From positions 1 to 64,000 of the forward strand of contig OZ218961.1 of assembly GCA_965112735.1 (NCBI GenBank): DNA of 64,000 nt, written 5' to 3'. Within the stretch, counting starts at the first letter, position 1. Each line of letters begins with the position of its first letter. The DNA comes from Phaeosaccion multiseriatum. Its lineage: Eukaryota; Protista; Ochrophyta, other classes. Position numbers and translations under genes: made by a program. Below are positions 11,502 through 23,240 of this stretch, one piece after another. Under the pieces are notes generated by a model, which was not told where the DNA came from, searched no databases, and was given only the letters and a program-made list of their open reading frames with translations.

Positions 11502-13265
11502 ATGGGGGGGCTGCTGGTACTTGCAGTGCTTCTCACGGAGATTCTGGTGCTGCGGCACTCCTTGGCTATAGACGTGGCCTCAGCAATGCTGCTATCGCCG
11601 GAGCAGCAGCAACAGCGGCGCAATGCCACCCAGGACACGTTTGAAGCTTGTTCGGGGAAGACAAGATCCTCTTCGTGTGGATTGTATTTCGAGCACATTC
11701 CCAAGACAGGCGGAAGTTCATTAACCTCTGCTCTCATGGCAACTTCGACCAACGTGTGCAGCTTTAAAGGCGGGGCGCTAGGCGAAGTGGTCAACATCGC
11801 CATCGCCGTGGGCCTGCACCTTGTGAAGGACGAGAACAAGGCCATGAGCCCTGCCCAGCGCCGCACCGTTAATCGGTGGACGACGTGCGATATTATGACT
11901 TCGCACCGCGGTTTTGGCCTGCCCGACACGTTGCAGCATTTCGGTGCCTCCAAGAAGCGTAGATGGGTAACGCTCCTCCTCCTCCGGGAGCCCCGCGCTT
12001 GGCTGTCTTCGCTGTACACGTATCAGAGGGGAGGTGAAGGGAGGTCGTGCCCCGAGGTGCCCTGCCATGACTTGCACAGGCACACTCTCGGCGACCTCAT
12101 CGATCGGCAAGCTCAGGAAGAGAGCGAAGCACTAACGCTCATGGGCAGGACGAGGGGGCTGGGGAGGGAGGAGGAGGAGGAGGAGGAGGAGGAGGAGGAG
12201 GAGGAGGAGGAGGAGGAGGAGGAGGAGGAGGAGGAGGAGGAGGAGGAGGAGGAGGAGGAGGAGGAGGAGGAGGAGGAGGAGGAGGAGGAGGAGGAGGAGG
12301 AGGAGGAGGAGGAGGAGGAGGAGGAGGAGGAGGAGGAGGAGGAGGAGGAGGAGGAGGAGGAGGAGGAGGAGGAGGAGGAGGAGGAGGAGGAGGAGGAGGA
12401 GGAGGAGGAGGAGGAGGAGGAGGAGGAGGAGGAGGAGGAGGAGGAGGAGGAGGAGGAGGAGGAGGAGGAGGAGGAGGAGGAGGAGGAGGAGGAGGAGGAG
12501 GAGGAGGAGGAGGAGGAGGAGGAGGAGGAGGAGGAGGAGGAGGAGGAGGAGGAGGAGGAGGAGGAGGAGGAGGAGGAGGAGGAGGAGGAGGGGGCGGGAC
12601 CGGGGCTCGGTCATGTCCATGTCCCCAGTCCAAGCGGACCTCGAGAAGGTGGGGTTAGGGCTAGAGCCGGCCCTGCAAAGCGACGACGAGCAGCAGGTGC
12701 CCGGCAGCAGGCGGAGGCCCTGCCTCCCATGCTTTGGTCCGAGAAGAGCCCCCTCCTGCTTCGAGTGGCGAGCAAGGTTTGCCAAGACCAGGGGGTCGCC
12801 GTGTTTGGAAGCACCACCCCTCAGCAACAGCAGCAACGGAACTACAAAGAACTTTGCCTCCAAGCGGCGATTCACAGGGAAAAGTTTTTCTTGTTCAACC
12901 ACTTTGTGTGGGACATTTGCGGGGCCGAGTGTCTGGTGCGCTGGGACCAAGTGGGGCTGGGGGAGGCCCTGGACATTGCAAAGCACAACCTTCTCACCAA
13001 GGTGCATGTGGTGGGGGTTGTGGAGCAGATGGACCACTTTTGGGCCGTCCTGAAGGGGCAAGAATTGGTCAAGGGGCTGCCCAAGAAAGTGCCCCACAAG
13101 AACCGCAAGGGCACGTCACAGCAGGTCCGGGACAGGGAGGAACTCACCCCCCTGCAGGAGCAGCGGCACAGGCAGCTGAGATGGGCCGACTTTGAGCTGT
13201 ACAACTTTGCCGTGGCCATCGTGGAGAGTGACAAGCAGCATGCCAGGCAGAGGCAGAGAGACTAA
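11502..13265 (+). CDS. Golgi-type (type II membrane) sulfotransferase with an internal 141-Glu tract
   Basis: N-terminal hydrophobic anchor, 5'-PSB loop 'YFEHIPKTGGSSL', 3'-PB motif 'LLLREPRAWLSSLYTY', and C-terminal 'VVGVVEQM...ADFELYNFA'. Confidence 0.8.
   Translation: MGGLLVLAVLLTEILVLRHSLAIDVASAMLLSPEQQQQRRNATQDTFEACSGKTRSSSCGLYFEHIPKTGGSSLTSALMATSTNVCSFKGGALGEVVNIAIAVGLHLVKDENKAMSPAQRRTVNRWTTCDIMTSHRGFGLPDTLQHFGASKKRRWVTLLLLREPRAWLSSLYTYQRGGEGRSCPEVPCHDLHRHTLGDLIDRQAQEESEALTLMGRTRGLGREEEEEEEEEEEEEEEEEEEEEEEEEEEEEEEEEEEEEEEEEEEEEEEEEEEEEEEEEEEEEEEEEEEEEEEEEEEEEEEEEEEEEEEEEEEEEEEEEEEEEEEEEEEEEEEEEEEEEEEEEEEEEEEEEEEEEEEEEEEEEGAGPGLGHVHVPSPSGPREGGVRARAGPAKRRRAAGARQQAEALPPMLWSEKSPLLLRVASKVCQDQGVAVFGSTTPQQQQQRNYKELCLQAAIHREKFFLFNHFVWDICGAECLVRWDQVGLGEALDIAKHNLLTKVHVVGVVEQMDHFWAVLKGQELVKGLPKKVPHKNRKGTSQQVRDREELTPLQEQRHRQLRWADFELYNFAVAIVESDKQHARQRQRD
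12168..12590 (+). repeat. Pure (GAG)141 microsatellite inside the sulfotransferase ORF
   Basis: 423 bp of uninterrupted GAG, in frame. Confidence 0.95.
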
Positions 13266-13412
13266 ACAGAAGGCCTAGCAGCATGCCAGGCAGAGAGACT
13301 AAACAGAAGGCCTAGCAGCATGCCAGGCAGAGAGACTAAACAGAAGGCCAAGGTACCAGGCAGAGAGACTAAACAGAAGGCCAAGGTACCAGGCAGAGAG
13401 ACTAAACAGAAG
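13234..13412 (+). repeat. 33-37-bp tandem repeat that re-copies the sulfotransferase stop codon region
   Basis: GCAGAGAGACTAAACAGAAGG occurs 5 times; the first copy contains the real TAA stop. Confidence 0.9.
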
Positions 13413-14040
13413 GTTCTAAGGGCCAAGGTATTAAAGAGGCACTGTAACAAGACGCGCGTAGGCTTGACGGGTACCCACGAGACAGATTGATGCCTTACAG
13501 CACAGGAGGCAGAGCCGTTCATAGCGGACAACATCGATGCGGAGCTTACAAATATCGCGTTTTTATAAGTACACAATACTACTGCAGTTCCCTTTAGGTA
13601 TTCCTGCAGTCCTGCCCTGCCCCCACCTTCAGCTAACGCCCATGCCCACTGTCCGCCTCTGGCTTTGATTCCTCCGATCCATCCCGGTGAAGCATGTGAA
13701 GCAGCGCCGGGCCTCCCCTGTCCATCTCAGCTTCCCAACTGCCGCCGCTGCTGTTACTGCTGTATCACCAATTGCTACTGCCACCCGTTGTCGGAGTCAG
13801 TCTTCTGCGCCTTCGCCGCCCTCCCTTCTCTCGCTCTTCTTGCCCAAAGTGCATTGACTTTTACCGCCAGCTTGGTACTGCGTCGAAGGACCGAGGGCAC
13901 TGAAGTAAAGGAATGAGCAGGCAGATTATGTAGACCTCAGGCACGGAAAGTGCCCAACCCGCCCATTCACAGGGGCACCACCGGTGAGCGACACTTCAGT
14001 CTCCTCCTTGGCCCTACGTGAGCAGGTGCTCTAAATGATG

Positions 14041-14328
14041 GCTACTCTCTGCGGCTCTCTAATGCCAGCTTGCTACTCTCTGCTTCTCTCTAATGCCAGC
14101 TTGCTACTCTCTGCTTCTCTCTAATGCTAGCTTGCTACTCTCTGCTACTCTCTAATGCCAGCTTGCTACTCTCTGCTGCTCTCTAATGCCAGCTTGCTAC
14201 TCTCTGCTGCTCTCTAATGCCAGCTTGCTATTCTCTGCTGCTCTCTAATGCCAACTTGCTACTCTCTGCGGCTCTCTAATGCCAACTTGCTACTCTCTGC
14301 TGCTCTCTAACTTAGAACTTGCTACTCT
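14041..14328. repeat. 31-bp minisatellite, ~9 copies
   Basis: Tandem unit GCTACTCTCTGCTGCTCTCTAATGCCAGCTT. Confidence 0.9.
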
Positions 14329-14396
14329 AGCTGCAGGGATGGAGGCTACCCCTCCCCGCCGTTCTCACTGGCCCAGATTCTCGCTGAGCTTGGAGC

Positions 14397-15386
14397 CTAA
14401 ATGGAGCCCCTGAGCCGTCCCCGCCCGCCCTGCTCGTCCCGCGCCTCCCCTTCCCAGCCCTCGGCCGGCCGTGATGAAGGCCTACCGCCGCCGCCGCCGC
14501 TGCCGCCCCTCAGCGACGACAGCTCCCCGCCTTGTGCTGCCCCCCCCCCACCCTCCCTTTGACTCCTCTGGTCCTCAGTGGGAGCCTCCGGTGGCCGCCG
14601 CCGGACTGAGTGTCCCCTTTGCCTCTGCCCATGCACTTCTTGGTCTTTCCGCGCTGCCCACTCTGCTGCCCCCCCTGGGCTCTCTGCTGCCCCCCCCGTG
14701 CCCTCTGCTACCCCCCCTGGCCCTTTCCGGAGGCCTCGATATTCTGCCCGACGCTGCCTCTCGTTGGCGAGCATCTCGCTGGTGTCCTGTCCAGTGTGCC
14801 TTTCGTTGGTGTCCTGTCCAGTCTGCCTTTCCCCCTGTGGCGCTGGGCCTGACCTAAGCCCTGGGCCTGCGGCATCACTCCCGTCCTCGTCTTCCTCGTC
14901 AAAGAGTAGCGCTCCCCTCAGCTTGTGTCGCTTCTTCACCAAAGCTTCCAGCGAGATATGCGGGGGCTCCTCCTGCTCTCCCCTCTCCAAATGCTCCATG
15001 TGCTCCTCGAGGGCCTCGTTGGACGCCCTCCACATATGCGCCCCAAGCGTGGTCCGAGGAGAGTCCCCCCGCTCAGCCCTCTTGCTCACAAAGAAGCTGG
15101 CCAAGCCCGCAATGCCTCCGTCGGGGTCGATTGCCGCGTAGAACATGTCTGCAGAGGCCTCCTCAGCGTCTTGTTGGCCTCGTCCTGCTGCTGCCGCCTC
15201 TGCCTGATGCAGCTCTGTTCGATGCACCTCGCGAGCCCCTCTGAACCGTTGTGCCCGAGGCGCCGCCGCCTCCCGCTCCTCATGTGGCTGCAGCGCTGGG
15301 GAGGAGATGCCATGCACCGCCATCATGCACAGACCCGCCCCTGCCAGCAGGCGGCTCAGGCCCACCACCACTGGCACCACCACCAT
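14397..15386 (-). CDS. Hypothetical protein, possibly signal-peptide bearing, low complexity
   Basis: ~330-codon open frame from ATG 15386 with a hydrophobic N-terminus, head-to-head with the MDAR gene. No recognised domain. Confidence 0.4.
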   Translation of the reverse strand: MVVVPVVVGLSRLLAGAGLCMMAVHGISSPALQPHEEREAAAPRAQRFRGAREVHRTELHQAEAAAAGRGQQDAEEASADMFYAAIDPDGGIAGLASFFVSKRAERGDSPRTTLGAHMWRASNEALEEHMEHLERGEQEEPPHISLEALVKKRHKLRGALLFDEEDEDGSDAAGPGLRSGPAPQGERQTGQDTNERHTGQDTSEMLANERQRRAEYRGLRKGPGGVAEGTGGAAESPGGAAEWAARKDQEVHGQRQRGHSVRRRPPEAPTEDQRSQREGGGGAAQGGELSSLRGGSGGGGGRPSSRPAEGWEGEARDEQGGRGRLRGSI

Positions 15387-15528
15387 AGCTAAGGAGTATG
15401 TCGCTGCTGTCTCGCTGGCTGCGTTTGTCCTGGTTAGCTTTTGCTTTAGCACAGCTATCTGTACCATACAACAAAACAGCACGCCGTCGTCGGAGCATAC
15501 CATTGTAACGGCTTTTGGTGACTTGGAG

Positions 15529-18500
15529 ATGCGGCAGGACGCCAGAGAGGATTATCCAGACATACGGACTGAGAGCAAGATGGTCGCGTGCCCTTCTCCA
15601 CGGAGACACAGCGGAGCGAGTAGCAGTGGCAGCGAGGGAAGCAGCAGCAGCAGGAGAGGGAGCCGCGAGAAGGATGCAGCAGATGCCGTAGCGGCGAGCT
15701 CGCTGGACTTGCTGGGCTACTCTGCGCAGAGAAGGATGTCCGCCGCCCTCATGACACCAAATCTCATGGCCCTCACAGAGGCGGACACCGATGGCAAGAA
15801 GGGAGAGGAGCTCTCGTTCGACCTCGTGTGTTTGGGCGGGGGGGTGGTGGCGGGCTATTGGGCAGACGTGAGTGTTGTGTGGAGGGTGCAGTCTAATAAA
15901 TCGGGAGAGGGGAGGAAATGACCCAGCTCTCTGCCATCTCTGTTGCCGTACTGTGCCAACACTTGCTGACTTCCGCTGCTGCTGATGCTGCTGCTGCTTT
16001 TATAATTGGTTGTTTAATTGTTTGGGGATCCTCCAGGAGATTGGCGCTATTCGAAAGGAGAGAGGAGAGGGTGGTGATGACTTCACCGCGGCCATTATCA
16101 GCGCCTACCCTTCTCCCCTGGCCCCTTATGAGCGGCCCGCGTGCTCCAAGGGCTTTCTTGACTCTACTCTTGACGCGGACAAGGCTCGCGACCCCGCCCA
16201 GGGGGGCTTCCCCTTCACGTGCAAAGGCAGCGGAGGGCAGCCCCACGACGAGTCCTTCTACGATCAGGCCGGTATAACGCTGCTGCACAGCTTCCAGGCC
16301 TTCGACGCCGACCTGGACGCCAAGTATCTTCTACTGCGCAGGTAGGTGTGGAGGGTGCTTTGTCCTGCCGGTCACTCACTCATTCTCACTGACTCTACGC
16401 AACTCAACTCACTCACTCACTCACTCACTCACTCACTCACTCACTCACTCACTCACTCACTCACTCACTCACTCACTCACTCACTCACTCACTCACTCAC
16501 TCACTCACTCACTCACTCACTTAACTCACTCACTCTCTCACTCATTCACTCACTCACCGCTCACTCTCTCTCACTCACTCGCTCAATCTCTCTCTCACTC
16601 ACTCACTCACTTGCTCACTCACCGCTCACTCACTCGCTCATCCACTCACTCACTCACTCACTCAACTCACTCTTAGGGTGATACTCAGCGCCGGTACAGC
16701 CGTGGACTCGTCCTCTGACTTTGACTCGGAGGAGGAAGAAGAAGAGGCCGAGGAGGAAAGCTCCGACGGACAGCAGCCTCACTCCAGCAGCCCCGATGCC
16801 GGCCCCACCGCGGCGCCGCCCTGCCTCAAAGTCGTGTATAAAGGAACAGTCAAGGTGCGGCGGCGAAAGTGCCATGCTGAGTGCTCCTTGCACGACTGCC
16901 TTCTTCCATGTTCTGTCGCCCTCGGACGGCCTTGGAGCGCATTGTTGACTTACACCTTCCCCAGTGCGGTGGCCCGAGCTCTCTCTTGTGGGAGTCCTCG
17001 CCGCCCTCCCGGCCCTCACCCTGCCCTCTCCATGCCCCACTTAGTATGCCCAATGCGGTGCCCATTCTGACGCCCGCCCGCCTCCCCTCTGCCATCTCCT
17101 GCCATCTACCCGCTTCTCAGGTGTTCTTCAAGCAACTCGTTGTGGCGACGGGATCCCGCCCCCGCCATCTCAGCAGCCTGAGCCCCAACCATACCCGTAG
17201 TACAGGCCCTTGTCTACCCCCCGCCCAGTGCCATCCGAGTCATGGTCCGAGTCAGAGCCCCCCCCGCAGCGCCATTGAAAGCGCATGCTTCTCCACACGG
17301 CACACAGACCTCAAGCTGCCATCTGGTGCAGAGGGAGAGCCCGCTCCTTCAGCCTCCCCCGCTCTGCTGGGCAGGTACGGCTTCGGCTCCGTGCACGTGC
17401 TAAAGGACTGGGGCGATTCAGTCAAGCTTCTGGCCGCCATGCGCAGCTCCGAGGCGGAGGCGCAGGAGCTGTGCAGAGACAGCGTGCTTGTGGCAGGGGC
17501 GGGCTTCGTCGCGGTAGAGGCTGCTGCAGGTGCGTGCGCGTGTGAGTGCGTGGGGGGGTGCGCGCGTGAGTGCGTGAGTGCGAGAGTGGGTGCGTTTGCG
17601 AGTCGTTCCCCGGAGGACGGCGTATGCGTGTGTACATGTGCCGTTCTCAATCCTTCGCCTCACTCCTTGCCCTCCCTGCCCATACACCTCTCTCTCGCGC
17701 CTCCCTCCCCTTCGTCTCCCTCGACTTGGCAAGAAAACCCATGCGCGTGCCCATTGACCCCTCCCCTGCCAATTACCCCCTCCCCTGCCCTGCCCTCCCT
17801 GCCCATACGCCTTGCTCTCCCTCCCTCTGCCTCGCAGCCATCGCCACACACTGTCCCGATGTGCGCGTGACGATGGTGCTGCCTGGCAAGCACATCTATG
17901 CGCCATCCAAGAGGGGCTCTGGCCTGGGGTTGGGAGTGGGCTTTTCTGAGACAATGGCCTCGGCTTACGAGAAGCACATGATTAGAGCGGGAGTGCAGTT
18001 CGCCAGGGGCTACCGCGTCGAGCGCCTCTGGTGGGTGGATGGGTGGATGGGTGGGTGGCTGAGCGGGTTGTTCAGTGGGTGGGTTCGTGGGTACGTGGGG
18101 CGGCGTCTCCTGAGTGGTGGAGTACGAGTGGTGATGTAGAGACCTTAGGGTTAGACCTACGGGGCCATGGGCGGCAGGGGGCGGTGCGGTGGTCTCCCCT
18201 TTGGGGCAGACGTTGAAGGTGGAAGGGACGCCCCATCTTCCCGCCCGGCCTCTTCTTGTCTCTATTTCTCTCCCCTTTCGCTCTCTCTCCCTCTCCCGCT
18301 CTCCTCTCCTCTCTCCCTCTCCCCTCCCCCCCTCTGTCTCTCCCCCTCTCTTTCCGTCTCTCACTGTACTCCCCTCTTCCCCGCTCTGCGTGCAAACAAA
18401 CAGGGGCCTGGAGGAAAGCGGCTCCTTCTGTACCCTGGAGGGCCCGCCCAACTCTCTGAAGCGAACCATGCCCCGACCGTTCCTCGCCGCCAACCCTCTG

Positions 18501-20717
18501 TACTTCAGCGAATGCAGGGGGCTCGTGCTACGCTCCACTGAGGACGGGGAGGAAGTGCGCATGCCCGGCAGGTTCGTGGTTTTGGGCATTGGCTCGCTGC
18601 CCAACTCCGACCTTTTCCAAGGCAAGCTGGCCCTAGCCCCCGACCAGGTGAGTGAGTGAGTGACTGACTGACTGACTGAATGAGTGAGTGAGTGAGTGAG
18701 TGAGTGAGTGAGTGAGTGAGTGAGTGAGTGAGTGAGTGAGTGAGTGAGTGAGTGAGTGAGTGAGTGAGTGAGTGAGTGAGTGAGTGAGTGAGTGAGTGAG
18801 TGAGTGAGTGAGTGAGTGAGTGAGTGAGTGAGTGAGTGAGTGAGTGAGTGAGTGAGACGGCAAGGGCAAGAGGGCCGTACAGAGCTTCCCTCCACAGGAA
18901 GGCCGTGTGAGAGGTGCTCGTGTTGGAGGGGATGGTCGGGGTTGACTTCTGCCGATCCTCTCCTTAATATGTGAGAGTGTGTGCGCGTGTGTGTCTGTAT
19001 GTGTCTGTATGTGTCTGTCTGTGTGTGTGTCTGTGTGTGTGTGCTTGTGTATGTGTCTGTGTGTGTCTGTGTGTGTCTGTGTGTGTCTGTGTGTATGGAT
19101 GTCTTCTTCCCTCCTATATGTTTTGTTGTCTTCTGCATTCGTGCATTCTTCTAACGAAGAAGCCTCCTCTCCCCATCCATCCCCTCCTCTCCCCATCCAT
19201 CCCCTCCACAGAGCATCCGCACCGATTCTTCCCTGCGCACTTCACACCCTTCGGGGAGGATCTTTGCCGCCGGAGACGTGGCCACCTTCCCTATGCAAGG
19301 GGGGGGGAGAGAAGGGGACGGCCGTAGTGGGGGAGGGGTCACAGAGGGGAGAGTAGAGCACGTAGAGAACGCGCGGAGTATGGTGAGTGAGAGGAGGAGC
19401 AGGGGAAGAGCAGAAAGGTGTGCCTAAGCTGCTGCCAGGGCAAGGCCGCCATGCGCTGTATGATACGACGCACGCACGACTAACGCTGACCCCTCCCCTC
19501 TTTTTCGGCTGTCACCCTTCTCTGCTGACCCCCTCCGTTGGTCATCCTCCCCCCAAAAGGCTCGGTACGTCGCTCGCGCGATGCTGAGCCCCTCCAACGG
19601 CAGTCATACGGGCAACAGCGGCAGTCCTGACACCAGCAGCAGAGTCACAGACGAGCAACTCAGGCCGTACCACCATGTCCCCTTCTTCTACTCCAAGTTC
19701 CTGGGCCTAAACTGGATGTTCGCAGGTATGCTGCCACCGCCTGCTCATATACCTCTCAGCTTCACGCTACCACCTGCCCCTATTCCTCTAATCTTTCGAT
19801 GCTCCTCCTCCTCCTCCTCCTCCTCCTCCTCCTCCTCCTCCTCCTCCTCCTCCTCCTCCTCCTCCTCCTCCTCCTCCTCCTCCTCCTCCTCCTCCTCCTC
19901 CTCCTCCTCCTCCTCCTCCTCCTCCTCCTCCTCCTCCTCCTCCTCCTCCTCTCCACGACCGCCTCCTCCTCCTACTACTACTACACCCATACACATCTCT
20001 TTAAAGGCTCCATGGTGGGCGAGGCAGTGACGCTTGGGCTACAGGACTTCGGCGCCACGAAACGCTTCGGCGTGTTTTGGGTGCACACAAGGAGCAGGGA
20101 GGAGGGGGGCAGGGAGGACGAGCGGCCGAGGGTGTGCGGCGCCTTCCTGGAGGGGGGAGTGGAGGGGGAGAAGGACGTGCTCGAGCACATTGCAAGGGAA
20201 AGGCCCGTGCTGCTCACCACCAAGAGTCTTTCCAAGATCTCGCTTGACGCCTTCCTCGCCGATCCACACTGCCTCACTCCGCAGGTGTGTTCTGGCGGCT
20301 GTAAGAAGGGGAGAGAGAGAGACTTGTGCTCGGCACAAGCTTCATCATGTGCCCCCCTCTACGCTTTGGCTTTCTCATCTCCTCCGGCCCAGTCGGTCTT
20401 AACACTTACTACCTTCCTTCCTCTTGTCCTGACATCTTTGTCCTCTAACCCTTGTCCTGACACTCTTTCAGGAGCTGGGCAAGGGCGAGTTCTACGCTGA
20501 CACCGACCCCGAGAGCGTGTTGGCGGCCTTCCGCAAGTACGAGGTGTCGGGACAGGGCATGCAGGCCACGGTGAGGTGTCAGGACGTGGGCCGCATCATG
20601 GCGCTGTTGGGGGCCAATTGGGTGGAGGCGGAGCTTGCGGACGCGGTGAGGGGCATGGACCCCTTGGACAGCGGTTACATCTCGCAGCAGAGCTTCACCA
20701 AGTGGTGGATGGGTTGA
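15529..20717 (+). CDS. Monodehydroascorbate reductase-like FAD/NAD(P)H oxidoreductase with C-terminal EF-hand pair (10 exons)
   Basis: Exons ~15529-15867, 16037-16341, 16677-16854, 17121-17529, 17838-18030, 18404-18647, 19212-19382, 19560-19725, 20007-20284, 20472-20717, all GT-AG and frame-consistent. Motifs: CLGGGVVAGY, APYERPACSKGFL, LVVATGS, GAGFVAVE, IFAAGDVATFP, RVEHVENAR, PFFYSK, GAFLEGG. Start codon uncertain. Confidence 0.85.
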
Positions 20718-21207
20718 CCAACTCAGTGAGGCCGGCCTCAGAGTGATAGCTCGCTCGCACCACGGGATGGCAGTGGATGGACGGGGGAAGCGGTGTCTCG
20801 GCTGATCAACTGACCGACCTCACAGTTGGTTGGAATGACCAACAAGCCTCAAGGGCCTCACAGTGGACCCGCGGGCAGTGCATGGTGGACGGACTACGTG
20901 GTGTTGAGCTCAATGGATCCACCCCTCGAGGCTCGAGGCTCAGTATTCCGACGGTATTGACGGTATTGACGGTATTAGCGGGTATTGACGGTATTGACGG
21001 CATTCCAACGGTATCGATCATGTGGACCAGCCAGTTCTTTGTCGAAACGCTCCACAGTCCACACGGACTGGGGCCTTTGCGGGCGTCTTTTTCTAGCACC
21101 AGCTGCTCTCCACTCGCCACAGCAGCTGGCAAAAGTGCGCTGTATCACCAACTTCCGCGAAAAACGGGCCGTCTATTTTTTTTTTTCCTTTTTGTATAAC
21201 GCTCTGT

Positions 21208-22945
21208 ATGATAGACAGAGGGTCGAAGAAGCTCGTCTTAGGCACAGCTATTATGCTGCTGTGCGCCTCTGCTCTGGTGGTCTTGGCTAGTCGGCGAGTA
21301 GCTCATGGGCAGGGGATGGTGCCTCTGCCAGAGGCGGAGGTCCAGGTAGTGCCACGCGAGGAGATTGCCGTAGAGCCAGAGCTAGGCAAGGAGATTGCCG
21401 TAGAGCCAGAGCTGTTCCTCACTCGACGAGTGACTGTTGCCACCATCCCCGACGGGCAAGAGAATCCCTTCGTGCCCTACATCGTGGCCGTGATTGAGGG
21501 CATGGATGAGCACCCCATGATCACCCGCGTGCCCAACGGTTCGCCAGAGAACGAGATAGACTACTACATTTGGTTGGAGCCCCATGCCCGGCGGACTGAG
21601 CAGGAGAGGAAGCTCGGCCCTTTTGTGAACAAAACCATTATTCTCAACTATGGTGAGGAGAGAGAGAGAGAGAGAGAGAAAGGGGGGGAGAGGCAGAGAG
21701 AGAGGAAAAGGGACAGAGAGAGGGACGAGAAAAAATAGATACTGAGATGTGTGTATTTGTCGATATTGGCGGAGAGAAATGGATGGAGAGAGAAGAGACA
21801 AGGAGAGGCGTGGCAAACTTTTGAGGCACCCCCCCCCCCCCCCCTTCCCCCCCACTCCGTGCCCCTCTGTTCTGTTCTATTGTTTGTACTACGCACGTGA
21901 CGAAACAGACGACACGCCGGTCACCCTCTTGTACCAGTCCGGGGGCAAAGCGCGCTGGGTGCAGTCCGGCCAGCAGCGATACCTCGCCGCTTTCAAGAGG
22001 AGCTTCATCCACCAGCAGCTCTACGAATACAAGAAGGCAGCGACGGTAGGCAAGCTCGGCTACAGCCTGCAGGGCAGCAACTACTTCCCCACGTACTATC
22101 CCACAAGAGAGAACGGCATCGTCCGCCACTCCCCCCCCTGGCAGGCCCGCTACCTCAAGTTCTCGTGCTCTCTAAGGAAGGAGCCCAAGCACGGCCCCCC
22201 GGGGGAGCATCACGTCGGACAGCGGACTCGCGTGCTGAGGTGGCTGCATGAATTCGCGGCGGCGGCAGCCCAGGAGGGGGGGGTGGCAGTTGACGGGGAG
22301 GAGGAGGAGGCGGAGGAGGAGGAGGGGGAGGGGAAGGAGGAAGGCAGAGGCGGGCGGATGCCACAGTTGGCACAGTTGGCTGGGTTGCTGCACGAGGAGG
22401 GCGTGGATTATCGAATAGGTACCACCTCGGGCAAACGTGGCTCAGGGGACGAGGGCTACAGCGCAACTATGCTTCACTCCAAGATTGTGGTCACTTGCAA
22501 CCCGAGCAAGTGGGAGGGTGACTGGCGCCTTGCCGAGGCACTCTTCTCAGGGGCCTTGGTCATGGTGGACGACATGTGGACCCCGAAGCCTGTGCCTCTT
22601 CTGGATGGAGTGCATGTGGTGTATTACAGCACTCTGGACGGAGGGCGGGATCTCATGCGCAAGCTGGAGTACTACCTCCGGCACGATGACGAGGCAAGGC
22701 GCATCGGGGAGCAGGGTCAGGAGTACGCATTTCGGCACCTCCAAGTCGTGTCTCTGGCGGACTATGTCATTCGAACGGCGGAGACGGCCTTGCTCGGGGC
22801 AGAGGCGGCAGGGAACTACCCCTACACTGGTCAGATGGCAGTGGACGCTCTCCCCGCGGAGAGGGCGTCCAGTTACCACCACTTGGGGGGTGAGGGAGGG
22901 AGGGGGGAAGCGGCAGAGGGAGGAGGAGACCCGGGGGGGAGCTGA
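21208..22945 (+). CDS. Type II membrane glycosyltransferase (GT-B / Glyco_trans_1_2-like), 2 exons
   Basis: Exons 21208-21652 and 21909-22945. TM anchor; C-terminal 'SKIVVTCNP..WEGDWRLAEALFSGALVMVD...L.RKLEYYL.HDDEARRIG..GQEYA..H' typical of this family. Confidence 0.75.
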
Positions 22946-23049
22946 GGGGGAGGGAATGGCGCTCATACCGTAAGGTGCTGGGAACGGTTCCTTGAACCGT
23001 GCCACACGCAACCTCGAGCTGAGCATGGAACACGTAACGCTCATCCTTG

Positions 23050-23240
23050 GGTGAGCTGAGCTGTGGCGGAGCTGAGCTGTGGGTGAGCTGAGCTGTGGCG
23101 GAGCTGAGCTGTGGCGGAGCTGAGCTGTGGCGGAGCTGAGCTGTGGGTGAGCTGAGCTGTGGCGGAGCTGAGCTGTGGCGGAGCTGAGCTGTGGCGGAGC
23201 TGAGCTGTGGCGGAGCTGAGCTGTGGCGGAGCTGAGCTGG
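23050..23240. repeat. 16-bp minisatellite (GAGCTGAGCTGTGGCG)n
   Basis: About 12 tandem units with a minor GGGT variant. Confidence 0.9.
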
